Source: Felis catus
Taxonomy: Eukaryota
Length of the DNA stretch: 64,000 bases
Assembly (NCBI RefSeq): GCF_018350175.1
Contig: NC_058368.1
Span: 63,924,001 to 63,988,000 of the forward strand
Direction of reading: 5' to 3'
Part shown: piece after piece, positions 11,143 through 25,559 of the stretch
Numbering within the stretch: position 1 is the stretch's first letter
Layout of the letters: each line of letters starts with the position of its first letter
Translations under genes and position numbers: made by a program
Notes under the pieces: model-generated
Told to the model about the DNA's origin: nothing
Database searches by the model: none
Seen by the model: only the letters and a program-made list of their open reading frames with translations

Positions 11143-11819
11143 TAGAACACCTGTAGAACAGGTGGCTGTGAAGGACACTGTGTTCCATTAAATGTCTAGA
11201 GAAAACTTCTCTGGAGAACATATTTGACCTGAGAATGTAGGAAGATCTTGTGTTTCCAAGTAGAGAGAATATTATGTCCATGTGACTGAGGAACAGAAGG
11301 AAAATCAGCATGTGTGGAACAAAGAGACAGGAAAGATGTGTAAGGATTTTCTGTAAGGAGATTGTAGATGGGGCAGGTGTCTGATCACATAGGCCAGGGG
11401 AGAAGCTTGCGTCTTATTCTAGGTGCTCTGAGAAGTCATTGCAGATAATCAAGCCAAGGCAGCTACAATTTGGATGCTTCATGGAGAGTAATTTTGGATA
11501 TAAAGCTGAGAGAAAACCAACACAATCCTACTGGTTTATATTGGCCAATCTGTGCATGGTTATATGTGAGAGAAGAAAAATGAAAAAGAGGAATAACACA
11601 TGCACCTCTAAGGAATAAGAAGTTATCCACAGTGAACGAAAATCTTTCACATTTGTGTTATCGGGGAAATGTAAGTCTTGTTTGCAGAGCAATATTATAC
11701 TACAAGGAAACTACAAGTATATAATCACACTGGGGATACAACGTACACAACATATATCACAGAGAGACTCCCCCTGCCCCCTGAAATGAAGTGCTTCCTC
11801 AAATGAATTAAAACAGCAC

Positions 11820-12300
11820 AAAAAAATCTAATAGAAGAGTGGACAAAGTACATGAACAGATAGATCATAGAAACTTATCAAGGACTCTTAAACATATGAA
11901 AAAAAACCACCCTCAACCTACAAATTAAATTAAAAAATTTGTTTTTTCACTTATGATAATAAAGATAATTAAATTTGATAATTCACTGCAATGACCAAAG
12001 TGTGGAGAAACAGGTATGTCAGTCCCCCAATAGGAGGGGCCATTATTTCTACATCTTTGAAGGGCAATTGGACAACATCTGTCAATATTTCAAATGCACA
12101 TGACCTTTGAATCGGCTGTTTAACATTTAGGAATTTATCCTGAGATTTACTAATATATGTAAACAAAAGAGCATGCATTTCACATAGTTTATGGTAGCAT
12201 AAGGTATGGATAACCAACATGTCTGTTGATAGGGAAATAATTAATGGTATATTCAAAAATGGAATATAACTTAGATTTTTTTTAAAAGAAAGAGGTAGCC
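11820..12300 (+). mobile_element. Old L1M ORF2-end fragment
   Basis: Degraded L1 motifs: gagtggacaaag...atgaacaga, ggaatttatcctga, atggaatata. Confidence 0.65.
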
Positions 12301-12836
12301 ATACATATTTCTCTAGGAAATAGAGAAATATTTCTCATACATATTTCTCTAGGAAATAGAGAAGAAGATGAGTGAAGGATATGTATAGGAAGAAAAAAAT
12401 GATTGCTCATAATTCCATGTGTTTTTGTAATTTATTTACCTTGTACTTTCAGTCCTGTTCCAAAAATAAACCAATTAAAAAGTAAAATTATCCATGTAAA
12501 TATTAAAGGAAAATTATCTGTTTTTCTGAAATACAGAAAGATGTCTTAAGACAATATCTTGAAAAGCCCATGCATCAAATAAAATAAAAGTAAATTGGCA
12601 AATAAAATAAAAGCAAATAAAAATTTTCTAAATGTTTTTTCAATGTAAGGCTTAGAAGTATTTCAGAAACAAATTGCATGAAACAGGGAGAAACTGGTAA
12701 CTACTTCACTAAAGGTCAAACCAGTGGTTTGGAGATTAAAAAGAGTTGGGGGCAGATTAACACTGCTCTCCCAACTAACTGAATAGAACCCAAACTCAAC
12801 CTAGTTCTCACATCTCACACCCTGGATAGGAAGGTG

Positions 12837-13364
12837 TGTTATGGACTGAATGTGTCCCTCCCAAATTCATATGTTGAAACCTAACCTCCAGCGCCATGGT
12901 ATTAGGAAGTAAGGATTTGGGGAGGATTAGTGCTGGGGCTCCTGTGAGGCTCAGTCTGTTAAGCCTCTGACTCTTGATTTTGGCTCAGGTCATGATCTCA
13001 TGGTTCTTGGAATTGAGCCCTGTGTCTATCAGTGCAAAGCCTGCTTGGGATTGTCTGTTCCTCTCTGCCCCTCCCTGCTCACTCTCTATCAAAATAAATA
13101 AATAAACTTAAAAAAATATTTATAAAAAATAATGGGATTAACGCTTTGATAAGAGACCCCAGGGAGATCCCTCACTCCTTCCCCTGTGAGGACACCGTGA
13201 AAAGATGACTGTGAATCAGGACTTGACCTCTCAGCAGACACTGCATTTGTTAGCACCTTGATCTTGGACTTCCCAGCCAACAGAACTGTGAGAAATAAAT
13301 GTGTGTTGTTTATAAGCCCCCCAGTCAATACTACTTCTGTTGAGCAGCCCTGTTGGAGTAAGAT
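12837..13364 (+). mobile_element. MLT1 (ERVL-MaLR) solo LTR interrupted by a SINE
   Basis: tgttatggactgaatgtgtccc...aaattcatatgttgaa start; accttgatcttggacttcccagcc...agaactgtgagaaataaat end. Confidence 0.9.
12935..13128 (+). mobile_element. SINEC nested in MLT1
   Basis: ggctcaggtcatgatctc core, aaataaataa tail. Confidence 0.9.
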
Positions 13365-13956
13365 CGGTTGCATAGAGATAAGGAGAGAACATTGTGATTG
13401 GTAGTGAGGGCTTATCTTGCCTGTTTGGTTATTTTATTACAGTTTCTGCAATTCCAAACCAGAGCAAATAAATTTATCAAGTGTATGGTTTATGATAGTT
13501 TAAAGTAAAATGGAAGAGAGATGTGGCATAATCTTCACACTGTAAATTGATATATGGGGAGCATGTAAGTGAAATGATAAAAAAATTAAGTTAATCCCAG
13601 ATACGGAAAAGGCACGTGATGACATTTGGCAATTGGAAAGAATTATACATTTTTATTGAAGTTTCTTTATACAAAACTATATATTCAGGAATGCTATTTT
13701 CCAATACATAATTGATTATACATTTGCTTTTATTTTCTGAAATTTATATATTGGCTTGCCTTATTATTTTTATCTAAGCACTTTCCTTTTCCCTAAAGAA
13801 ATTGTTTTTTTTTTAAATTTCATCTAATTAATTTCTCAAGAAGAAAGGGTTCTTTTCCTTCCTGTTACCCAATGCATTAGTAAGGAAGAAAGATGTTTAT
13901 TTAAGAGAGACACTAATTATATTATAAGACCTCACCTTGAAGAAGATGTAGGAGAT

Positions 13957-14185
13957 ATATATACACATATATATATGTGTGTGTGTATACATATATATAT
14001 GCATATACATATATATGCGTATACGTATATATATACATATATACATATATATGCGTATATATACGTATATATATACATATATACGTATATATACGTATAT
14101 ATATGTATATATGTATATATATACGTATACGCATATATATGTATATACGTATATATGTATATATATGCATATATATATATATATA
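13957..14185. repeat. Long compound (TA/TG/CA/CG)n microsatellite at SINE tail
   Basis: ~230 bp of near-alternating purine-pyrimidine sequence. Confidence 0.97.
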
Positions 14186-14393
14186 TTTAATTTTTTTAAC
14201 ATTTATTCACTTTTGGGAGATGGAGAGAGACAGAGTGTGAGTGGGGGAGGGACAGAAAGAGAGGGAGACACAGAATCCGAAGCAGGCTCCAGGCTCTGAG
14301 CTGTCAGCACAGAGCCCCTCAAACTCATGAACCGTGAGATCATGACCTGAGCCAAAGTCATACGCCTAACCAGATGAGCCACCCAGGCACCCC
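14186..14393 (-). mobile_element. SINEC
   Basis: Reverse SINEC ending gagccacccaggcacccc. Confidence 0.95.
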
Positions 14394-14439
14394 AGATATA
14401 TATATTTTTTAATGTCCTGAGTATTTGGTGCATTTAACT

Positions 14440-14555
14440 CTCCAATTTTTTGGCCCCGCCCCAGACCTTTATTAAATCAGAAACACTGGGTTGGGGCCCA
14501 GGAATCTGAGCTTTCCAGATGATTCTGATGACCAATCAAGTGTGAGAACTGTTGT
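14440..14555. mobile_element. MER5A-like hAT-Charlie fragment
   Basis: ccccgccccagacc...aatcagaaac...ggggcccaggaatctg...gatgattctgatg...tgagaac. Confidence 0.75.
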
Positions 14556-15235
14556 GTTAGGGCATCATAAATTTTTTTTAATAATTATATTTTTGTCCTA
14601 TGATTTTAGACTTGTAACATAGGAAAGAACCTATTTACCTCCTAAGGAAGTTTAGATATCAGGAAGTGATAAATCTTACTGTAGAAATGATGTCATTCTT
14701 GTTTGGATAAAGATTTTAGAGCAGACTTGGTATCTGATAGAATTCAATTTTGATATACAGTCCGCCTTCTGCATAATGAATTTTGCATATCAGATGGCTG
14801 AAGACTTTACACAGCCAGAATTTTAAGTATTGCATATTCTGGAAGAAAAGCATTGATCGAATCCTTCTTAGATATTTAGTATCACCGATAGAAATTAATT
14901 ATTTAAGCCACATTTGGATCTGTAGCAGTGCTCAGGAGGAAAAGCTTTGAAAATCACTGCTTTTTCATGCAAATATACAAAATACAATGTATAGAGTTTT
15001 GCATTATAATGGGTATTTTGGGGTTTCTAAATACTGACCATAGTAGACTGCTGAGTAACTGCAAATAAATATAAGGTTGATATCAATCACACTTGTTCTT
15101 AGTATTATATCTACAGAAACAAAATGTCTGGAAGGGAAATTCATGATTTAGTAATGATGGTATTATTTAATTTAAAAGAAATGTTAGGAATGAAACAGAT
15201 CATCTCTACACAAGGTTGAATATTTATATATAATT

Positions 15236-15454
15236 AAAAAATTTTTTTTAAACGTTTATTTATTTTTGAGACAGAGAGAGACAGAGCATGAATGGGGGAG
15301 GGTCAGAGAGAGGGAGACACAGAATCTGAAACAGGCTCCAGGCTCTGAGCTGTCAGCACAGAGCCCGACACAGGGCTTGAACTCACGGACCGCGAAATCA
15401 TGACCTGAGCCAAAGTTGGCCGCTTAACCTAAGACTGAGCCACCCAGGCGCCCC
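15236..15454 (-). mobile_element. SINEC
   Basis: Reverse SINEC; TSD tatatataatt. Confidence 0.95.
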
Positions 15455-17524
15455 GATATATATAATTTTTAGTGTATGTATTTTGGATGAAGATTTCTGT
15501 CTGGAACATGATGTTTTCAATATCAACTGGTTCTACAATTTTTAAATATTCTCTGGCCACAATTTCTATCCCTGGCCCAGACCCTCAGATTAAACTATCT
15601 CTAGATTGTAAAAGCTTCAGCACTGGGCAGCTAATTAGAAATTTATTCATGCAAGATGTAAGTCAGCTTCTCTTTGGGACTCAATCCAAATCCACATAGC
15701 CCGCCTCAAGAGGCATGCACAAACCTGATCCATTAGTGCGTATATCGACATAATTTATCATGCTTTTTAATGCGTGTCTTTTGGGAACTATTCACCAACA
15801 AACTTTATTATTATTTTTATTATTTACTTATCTTTAAAAAATTTTTAATGCCGTTCCTGGGAAAACACATGGTTGTTTTGGGATGCCTAATTAGCAGTTT
15901 CCTGTTCATTTTACTTGCAAATGTATTGCTTTCCTCTCTAGAAGTTTTGTAACAGCCCAGATGACAAATTGTTTCAGCTTCATAAAGATTTCACCAACTA
16001 AACAAACTGTTTAGTTTTAATTCAAAAGAAATTAAAGAGCAGCTTATGGGTGGTACAGTATGGAGAGAAATCCCACCTGTCCAGAGCGTTCTCAGAGGAT
16101 GTGGAAGTCAAGAATCTTTCTGTCTCTTGTCTATTTTGATGAGGCAGATGATTTCTAACTGCATACAAATGAGTATAAGTAACTTGACTTGGTGAGCAGT
16201 GTAAGCTGCTTCAAAAGAAGTTCCCTATTTAAAAATTTCTGTTAGGGGATTTTAGCTTTCTCTCTACTGAATCGTATCTGACAAATACTTATACAGTGCC
16301 TACTGTGTGTGAGGCTCTGTTGAAGGTTGTTTGACAAATATTTATGTGGTATCTACTGTGTGTCCATTAAAAATGCACAGCAGTGATCCCTGCCTTCTTG
16401 AGAGTGGCGGCACTTGTGGAAGCCTTAGTGAGTGTTGGGAGAGTGACGCTCAGGGTGCTGGGGGAGTACGCTGACAAGGCACCCACAAGTCAGGAAGAAA
16501 GGGATCTGATGTTTCTGCCGGTTCCTCTATACCCCACCCTCTTCTTGACCTGCCTCACACTCATTTCTGTAGTTCTGGAAGTGTTTGTCAACAACCCCCA
16601 GCTGGCACCTTCTCCACAAGATTGCCACCTGGCTCAGAGTGCATGTGCTGCTCTCCGACCCCCTCCCCAGGCCCCAGTCATGAGGTAATGACTGAGGTCC
16701 ATGGAGCAGCATCATTGCCTCCAGGTGGAATCAACTTCCTGCTGCAGTCTGTGCCCCACTGCTTCCTGGTGGGTTCAGAGGAAGTTAACCCCACATCGAG
16801 ACCCCATTCTTGCATAACATTTATCTTGGCTCCGTCCTGGATCCCTCACTCCCCTCTACCTGACAGCACCTTCTCCAGTAGATCTTTTCAACAAGAATCT
16901 CCTCCTGAGGAGCCTGATTGATTTTCACGGAGACCTGCAGGGTAAGTAGGAGCCAGCTAGATGAAAAGGTAAGAGAAGAGAATTTTATGCAGAGAAACCC
17001 CCAGCTCTGAAGGCACAGGGGGGAAAGGGCTTCTGGATAAAGAGCAGCGTGATGAGTGTGGGACTGAGTTAGAAGGTGGGAAGGAGATGGCAGAAAGGGG
17101 GTGTTAATGAGAGATGAAGCTGAAGAGTTAAACATCTTTGTAAGCCAAATTACATCTACCTCAAATTAATGCCAAAAACTGAAAAATTCAGATTATCACC
17201 TCTATTTTAGTCTACATAAAATATGTGATATTTGAAATAATTTATTTATTTGAGATATTTTAAAATAGCGTTCTAAGATTAATTCCTTTGCATATACCGC
17301 CGGGAAAAAGGCCTGCTATTGTGGTACTACTCTTAAACTGCCCTCTGTGTTCAACCCTGGATCACAGCCCACAATTATAAGGAAGTAGCAAGCAGACAGT
17401 AGGCGGTGTTGCCAACCTGCAGAAATTCTCATTCTCATTCTGCTTTCCAAAGGAAGTTCTTTAAAATGCAGTATAAACAACATGATATAAATCTATAAAG
17501 CATAATTTTTGTCATTGCCAGTTC

Positions 17525-18325
17525 TTTTTTTTTTAATATTGAATATAGATGACCCCAGTGTTACATTAGTTTCAGGTGTCCAACTTAGGAATTTGACAAG
17601 TTTATGCAGTATGCTATGTTCATCACAAGTATGGCTACCGTCTGTCCCATCACATCACTATTACAATATCATTGACTATTCCTTATGCGCTACTTTTTAT
17701 TCCCATGACTTACTCGTTCCATAACTGGAGGCCTATATCTCCCTCCTTATGTAAACATAAGGGTGCCTATATCTTTTTGACTTAGTGTTTTTGTTTTCCC
17801 TAGGTAAATACCCAATAGTGAAATTATTGGATCATAAAGTATTTTTATTTTTTCTTAACTTTTGACGACCCTGTATACTGTTTTCCACAGTGACTGTACC
17901 AGTTTACATTCCCACCAACAGTGCACAAGGGTTCCTATCTCTTCACATCCTCACCAACACTTGTTGTTTCTTGTCTCCATTTTAGCCATTCTGACAGGTG
18001 TGAGATGATATCTCCTTGTGGTTTTGATTTGTATTTTCCTGATGATTAATGATGTTGAGCGTCTTTTCATGTGTCTTTGGCCATCTGTATGTCTTCTTTG
18101 GAAAAATGTTTATTCAGGTCCTCTGCCCATTTTAAAATCAGATTATTTGTTTTTTTTTGATGTTGAGTTGTATGAATTCTTTATATATTTTGGATATTAA
18201 CCTCTTAACAGATATATCATTTGTAGATATCTTCTCCTGTTCAGTTGGTTGACTTTTTGTTTCGTTGATAGTTTCCTTTGCTGTGCAAAAGCTTTTTATG
18301 TTGATGTAGTCCCAATAGTTTATCA
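17525..18325 (-). mobile_element. Carnivore L1 3' fragment with internal deletion
   Basis: 3'UTR (gttacattagtttcaggtgt) and ORF2-end antisense motifs (cattcccaccaacagtg, tagccattctgacaggtgtgag). Confidence 0.9.
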
Positions 18326-21300
18326 GGTGGAAAACAGGTATTTAGTATATCATTTTCTATCATAGATCTTATTGTAACCCAAGTTTTAAACATGTTTATT
18401 CTGATACATTCCATAACCTGGCAGTAACCTATGAAGGTGATTCCTGAAAAGCTTTGGGTTTCATTACTGTGTATATCACTAAGCATGGGTGTATATTATA
18501 GTTCCAGTGAAACAAATTTTAAAAATCTATTTAAAATATGGAAAAATTACTTCTGCCTTACATCTTACTGCCAGACGTGGGACTAAATTAAGGGTTATTT
18601 TCTTAAGCTGAATACTTCTCTAGCATTTGAGTTGTAAGTAATGTTACATTTCTCTTTGTTTGGACTTTAAATTGTCATAATGTGTGACTTTCCACAAATA
18701 CACTGATCAGGAAATATATACAGAAATATAGTACTGAGTGGGAGTTTAACATGCAGTTGTATTCCTCCTATAATTCTTGGATTGGTATCTCCATTCTACC
18801 AGCATTCCTGTTGCACTCAGACCCCCCATCCCCCAACCAGATTTATGTGATAGACTCCTAGTCCATCCACCTGCTACCTTCCTCATGAATCCATAAATCA
18901 ACAATGCAATTCCTTGCCTATAAACCCTTTCACAGTGTGAATTTTCTCTCTGCCTCTAGACTTATCTCTTTCTACTCTGTCCACCACTTCTCCAATCGAG
19001 GCATATCAAATCAACTCTTTCACATCAATGTGGTTTGGGCAAGCCTTTCATTCTTGGAATTTCCCCAACCCTTCAAAATAAAGAGGTAATTTTATGTTTT
19101 TATAAGGCCTGATCAATCAGTCATTTTATTCTCTAGGGCTCCTTATGCTTCCTATATGTCGCTGTGATAGCGTTTGCCTGAGACGTACATTAATCGCTTG
19201 CTTAGATGTCTACTTTATTCATTAGACTGTTCCATGAGCAAGAGCCCCAGGTTTCATCTAAGTGAGATTCAGGTATATCTGGCAAAGTGAAACTGGGAGC
19301 ATGGGTGGCTGGGACTCTATTTATAGGAAGAATCATCTAGATCTAAGAAGGAACATGCACAACGAGCCCTGTAGAAAGAGAAGTGGTTCAAGTTCAGGGG
19401 CACCTTGGTGTCTGCCCCTCAAATTTATTTCCCAGCTTATTCCCCATTGTGTATGGAAATATGGGAGTGAGGGACACTTCCACAAAACACCTCAGACCAC
19501 CTGACAGTTTTCGGACTGCTGAGCATTCATAAATCCGTGATAACACTTAAAAAACACCTAAAAGATCAGTGGTGGACCTGAGGAAGCTGAGATTATGTTT
19601 CCCGGTAGGGACCATGATGCTGGGTGCAGCAGTATTGCTGGTATAGTGGCTCTGTTGCCTGTGTGACTAGGGGCAGTCTTCTGGGACACCTTTTGGGGAT
19701 TCTCAGAAACATCTGATTTCAAGAGCTCTTTAGGAAGTTCAGATCCACCTTTCTTCAGGCAGTGGTCATTAGGGTGGAGATTAAGTTTATGTGACCTTGT
19801 TTGTTTGTACAACCTTATAATATCTGAGGAGACAGTTTCCACATCAATATTAGAGAGCAATACTCCTTACTCGAAGCCAGGGTATAACTAAGGATTTTGT
19901 AGTATCTTCTATTAATACCTATTAAGGAGATGTTATGATGATCTCTGGTTTTCAGTGAGAGCAAGTAAGAATTGGAGACATTAAGTCACAGATGCAAGAT
20001 GCTGTCTGCAGTAAGTAGGAGAGCTAAAACTGGAAGTGATGCCAGATCTCATGCTATTTCCACTGTTACGCTGTGGGGCCAGTTCCTAATAAATTCCATG
20101 CGTCAGTGATGAGCAACTGAATGAATAGATACGAGACTAACTGGTGTATTTTTTCATTCAAGAAACAGCACAGTAGATGTCTGCACTGAAAGTCTGAATA
20201 TTTTTCAAGTGCTTGTGAGTAATAAGTGAGTAATAAGGCGGTGTTGAAGTCTAGGTTACTGGTCAAATCTCAGTGCAGTGTTAAAAATACGCCTCATGCA
20301 ACCATCAGAAAATAATTAAACCTCTCTCCATAATCCTTCAAAGCTCTTTTTAGTTCCTGCCAACACACACCTACTTTGACATTATAATGTGTAACTGCCC
20401 AATAAAATTGCTTTTAAAGGCCTTCCTGGTAACCTTTAACCATGAGGACTGTGGATAATTTATTATCCTATAAACAAATCTTTTACTTTCTCATTTTTGG
20501 GGCATTTCCTTTCTTCCTCCTCCACCAGCCCTGTGTCTTTACTGGATAATACTGAATTAAGACACTTTTATTATTTGTCATTTTCATTTAAGAGGCATGT
20601 TCCCTGTTCTTAATTATCATTTAATGAGAGTATGTTATCTACAGCAAAATTGTTGTTTATATATTTTTTTCTTCTTGTACCCTTTGTTGATTTCTCTTCT
20701 TTGAACTAGTATCCACTGTTAGAAAAAGAAGTTTGCTGCTTCTGTTCTTAGTTATACTATTACGTTCGGGGAATGTTATGATCTGGAGCAAAATACAGTG
20801 AACCCTTTCATCTTGTTGTATGGGTAGAGTAGAGCTATTTAATGTGAAGTCACATAGAAACATGAATCCATATTATGTGGAAATGACAGAAGATCATGAA
20901 ATATCAACGGCCAAGCCCAGAATTAATTTTTTAACTCATTACTTAAATGTGTAGGTACAATTCTGTTCTGTGATGGCTTTGTAAAGTTGTTAGTGTATTT
21001 CTTAAATTTCAGGCTTTATACAAACTTTATTTTATATTTAATAAGAAATTACCTTGATGCATCTGGATCTTGAGCCCATTCAGGTCTTAGGCAGAAACCT
21101 GAAAATTCTATTTGCTTGTTATTCTATCCGTGGAACTGCACTTTATGCTTCTTGCCTTTTGTTTTCCTCAGCATCCTCATTCTGCATCACTTATCTAAAA
21201 GAACTCACTGAAATTCCCTTCCCTCAAGACAGTTTCAAGGTTTGGTCAGGTGACTTCCTCTTCACAGTAACATCTTGCAGTGGTACATGTTTAACTCTTA

Positions 21301-21921
21301 GGAGTTCAGGGACTCCGCCTGTGTCCATCCCACAGTAGACTGTCTTTGTGGAGCTCCTCAGAAAGTCTGGTAAATAGCCCTGCCCCCAGTGGAGTTTCAG
21401 GAACCTCCCCTCCTAGAGATGCCCCAAGTGCTCTTCAAATTGTAAGGACAGCTAAAAGCATCATCTCAGATACCCACCTCTCTCCATCATAGTCCCCAAC
21501 AAGATTTTCTTGGAAGATTTCAAGGATTATTAGTAAACAAAATGTGCCTTGGCTATGAAACACCTCACTAGGTGACCAAATTAGTATTTCCTTTCTTTTC
21601 ACAATGTCTTACAGGGCAAAACAGAGCAAACTCTCCAGGAATACAGATAGTGTTAATATTACTAAACTGTGGCTGAGTGGCCAGTTTAATAAAGTATGTA
21701 AACCAAAAGGCCCTCCAAGATCTAGTGTCTACTTATATTTGTCTCAAACCTCACGCCCTGCTCTTTTCATCTGCCACACAAACTTTATACTCAATCACTG
21801 CATAACTAATTATAATTTCCCACATACACCATTTGGTTTCGTGCCCCATGACTTTGAGTGTGCTCTTCCTCTGTCAGACATGTCCTTTCCCCCCTTGCCT
21901 TTCTTAAAAATATCCTATTTC

Positions 21922-22184
21922 AGGGCGCCTGGGTGGCTCAGTCGGTTAAGCCGCCGACTTTGGCTCAGGTCACGATCTCGCGGTCCGTGAGTTCAAGCCC
22001 CGCGTCGGGCTCTGTGCTGACAGCTCAGAGCCTGGAGCCTGTTTCGGATTCTGTGTCTCCCTCTCTCTGACCCTCCCCCATTCATGCTCTGTCTCTCTCT
22101 GTCCCAAAAATAAATAAACGTTGAAAAAAAATTAAAATAAATAAATAAATAAATAAACGTTAAAAAAAATTTAAAAAAATAAAA
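21922..22184 (+). mobile_element. Young SINEC_Fc
   Basis: CpG-rich near-consensus body; perfect 16-bp TSD aaaaatatcctatttc. Confidence 0.97.
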
Positions 22185-22693
22185 AAAAATATCCTATTTC
22201 TCCTTCAGCACCTGCGTTACAAGATGATTCCTCAGACAATCTTTTCTAGATCTTTCTTCTTTCTTGTACTAATTCTGTACCTTGTATGTTCTTCTACTTT
22301 TGCACTTTTCATTGTATTTTGAAATTTGTTACTTTTTACATTTTTCTTACCTCTGTTCTTTCTTAAGCTTCTTGTTTCAGAAACTCTGTGGTATACATCA
22401 TTGTTTACCCAATACTAGTCTGGGGACTTGAAGTCAGTGCATGTTGTAGAGATTTGTTAAAATATCGAAGTTACTATTTAGGGGTGTTTGTAGTAAAATT
22501 CAGCTCTGGAGTTGAGCAAGAGTAAATAGATCAAATTACATATATTTTTTCTAGTGAAATTTTTACTTGATTAGTTACATACAATTTCATTGTTTAATTT
22601 CATCTTAAATTTTAGTAAGTTTATAATGAAACATTGCTTTTGTTCCCAGGTCAATGCCACAAATCGAATAAATGTTAGAAAAATCGAATCCTT

Positions 22694-22903
22694 GGGGCAC
22701 CTGGGTGGCTCAGTCGGTTAAGCGTCCGACTTCGGCTCAGGTCATGATCTCACGGTCCGTGAGTTCGAGCCCCGCGTCAGGCTCTGTGCTGAGAGCTCAG
22801 AGCCTGGAGCCTGCTTCAGATTCTGTGTCTCCCTCTCTCTCTGACCCTCCCCGTTCATGCTCTCTCTCTCTCTGTCTCAAATAAATAAACGTTAAAAAAA
22901 AAA
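22694..22903 (+). mobile_element. Young SINEC_Fc
   Basis: Perfect 17-bp TSD agaaaaatcgaatcctt. Confidence 0.97.
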
Positions 22904-23534
22904 AGAAAAATCGAATCCTTTTTGTTTGTTTGTTTTGAATGAGAGAAACATACAAGTCTTCTTATTGTTGGTCAACATATAGCTCTTTCCCCACCCCATG
23001 CCCCTAATCTTCTGTCAGTCCCAGTTGAAGAGCAAGAATCGTTAAAAAAAAACAAAAACAAAAAAACTGGAAGCGAAGAGTATAGAAAGAAAGTAAAGTA
23101 TGGCATTACTTTAAGGGGGAGAGGAATTTCCCTAATATTTGAAGGTATAAAACTTTTTAATTTTGTTCTTCTAGTTGTTGTGCTATAGCCTGTAATTGTG
23201 GTGCCTGTGCATGATTTAATGAGGGCAGCATGGTGATTCTATTTCCATAGTCATTTGTTGGCATGACCCTGGTTGTCATTCAGGCTGATCTGCCACTGGT
23301 TCTTATGGGAAAGCATGCTTGTCACAACAGCCTGGCTAATTGTCACTTTGAAGCTGGATTTGCTTGTCCAACACTACCTCAAGTTTAAAGGAACTATACC
23401 TAAAGAGGTCAGCAAAGCAACATGCTGTACCTAAGACCATGCATATGCTATACGGAGGATGTTTTGGTGCAGTCACCATTCTATAGGAAAGACACAGAAC
23501 TGATTTAGTTTAATACTCACTACACAAGTCTAAC

Positions 23535-23566
23535 TTAAAAATTTTTTTTAATGTTTATTTATTTTT

Positions 23567-23614
<48 letters not shown>

Positions 23615-23794
23615 TAGTGTGCGTGGGAGAGGGGCAGAGAGAGAGAGAGAGAGGAAGACACAGAATCCAAAGAAGCAGGCTCCAGGCTCCGAGCTGTCAG
23701 CACAGAACCCAATGCAGGCTCAAACCACCAAACCATAAGATCATGACCTGAGTCGAAGTCGGATGCTTAACCGACTGAGCCACACAGGCATCCC
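23535..23794 (-). mobile_element. SINEC
   Basis: (GA)n, reverse head; TSD aagtctaac. Confidence 0.95.
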
Positions 23795-23929
23795 AAGTCT
23801 AACATTTTATTTTAAGGAATTCTTTAGGATAGCATGACACAGGTAGAATAAATGAAAAGTATTATGTGGATCAATTTGCTTGTGATGGAGTTAAATATAA
23901 ACAAAACTCATCCATTTGTATCATAGAAT

Positions 23930-24170
23930 AAGTAATTGCTATCATTCGTTTTGTGTCTGCTGTATGCCAGACACAATAATAGACACCTTTGCCTAAATTA
24001 GTTCATTTTTTCCCCTTTTACCAACCTTATGAAGTAGGTATATTTTCCTTATTTTATATATGAGGAAGCACAGATAGGAAGAAGAATCCACTCCAGTTCA
24101 CGTAATCATTACGTTTCAGGACTATGGGTCAAAACCAATTCTGCCCATTTCCAAAGCTTGTGATTTCTCA
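23930..24170 (-). mobile_element. MIR
   Basis: aaccttatgaagtaggta...attttatatatgaggaagc core. Confidence 0.7.
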
Positions 24171-25559
24171 GCTTGACAACCTCACATTCAATAATCTGCT
24201 GTAAACAATACCTCCTTAATACTCTTCATTTCTCTTTCCCTTAAATGAAGGTGCCATCAAAGGAGCACCTTGGAAGCCAAACTTTTAAAAGTTTATTAGA
24301 CTCTGAGATAGTCCAGATAAATAAGAATGAGATCACTAACTTCAAAAATTTTTTCAAACTATATTAAAATATGATTTATTGAAAGAATATATTTTAGATT
24401 ATACAGTCATAAAATCTGTTATATGTGTTTATTTTCTTGCTGATGTATTTTATTTAGTAAGATCTTCTTATATTCCATTCGAAATGCTAAGGCTCCTTAG
24501 GCTGTGTTTGTGGAGCATTCCTAGTGTTTCTGTATCTTTGGTTGCCATCCAGTGGTGGCAGTCATATACTTCTATTTTGTAACAGAGAAAGAAGAAAAAC
24601 CCTCTACTTTCTAATCATACTGACCTTATCATTCAAAAGCAAATGGCGTATGTTAATTTTACGTACCTAATTTATCAGTGTTAGCCATGGCTACCATTGA
24701 GTCCCCCAAAGATAAAAATCTATCGAGATGTTTAGATATTGGCAAAAACAACTAGTTTTCAGTAAAAAAAGAAATAATTAAAAAAAATTTTTTTCCCTGG
24801 AAATTTATAACCAACATTTCTTGCTTCAGAAAATAACTAGAAATAAAGTATCTGTGTTAAAATTCCTGTCAAAGTCAATAAGTAGCAAATCCATACTTAG
24901 TGATTAATGCAGTCAAACAAAAGGCTAGATTTCTTACATTTTCCTTAAATCTGATGTCTCACCAATGGGAAAAAGCACTAGTATATTGAATAAAGAACAC
25001 TTTATTCAGTACACTGAATAAAGAATTTAGGATAATATATTTCAATCATTTCTTCACAGATGGACAAGTTGTAGTCCGTGGCGTGGATATAATTTATAGG
25101 AAGTACTTTAAAGCAATAGCTTCCAGAGACATCATAGAAACTCTGTGAACAGAGGTGAGGAACATTTCCTGCCATAAAATCAAATGGGATTTATTTAAGT
25201 CACTAAATATGAGGGAATAAAAAGGCCACTCCTGGCAGCTGGAAAGTAGAGCATTCGTCTGTTCAAACTGTGGGGAAATTTTATTTGAGACTATCTTGTT
25301 TTTGTTTGTTTGAAGATTGAAAGTTGGATGTCAAAATAATTATTAGACAAAAAATCTTCATCTGAGTGAAAAGTTGTGTGTTTGGGTAGACAATTTTATT
25401 CTCTTTTAACAAGTGTAGTTTGGAAAATGGGATGGATTAGGCAGAAAAAAGTCATCCCATTTAAAATTATTTATTTAATCTCTAAAGATATATCAATCTA
25501 AGTAGCAATGATATAATTGTTTTCCTATAATTCTTTTGTTTAAAAATTTCAAACTTAAA

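Noticed and set aside
13897..14433. Cluster of overlapping Y/I/H-rich ORFs and the recurring 'WVAQ...QVMIS' ORFs elsewhere
   Set aside because: Translation artefacts of microsatellites and SINECs.
19558..19860. 100-aa minus ORF
   Set aside because: No recognisable domain or splice context; possibly a degraded LTR-type repeat, family not assignable.
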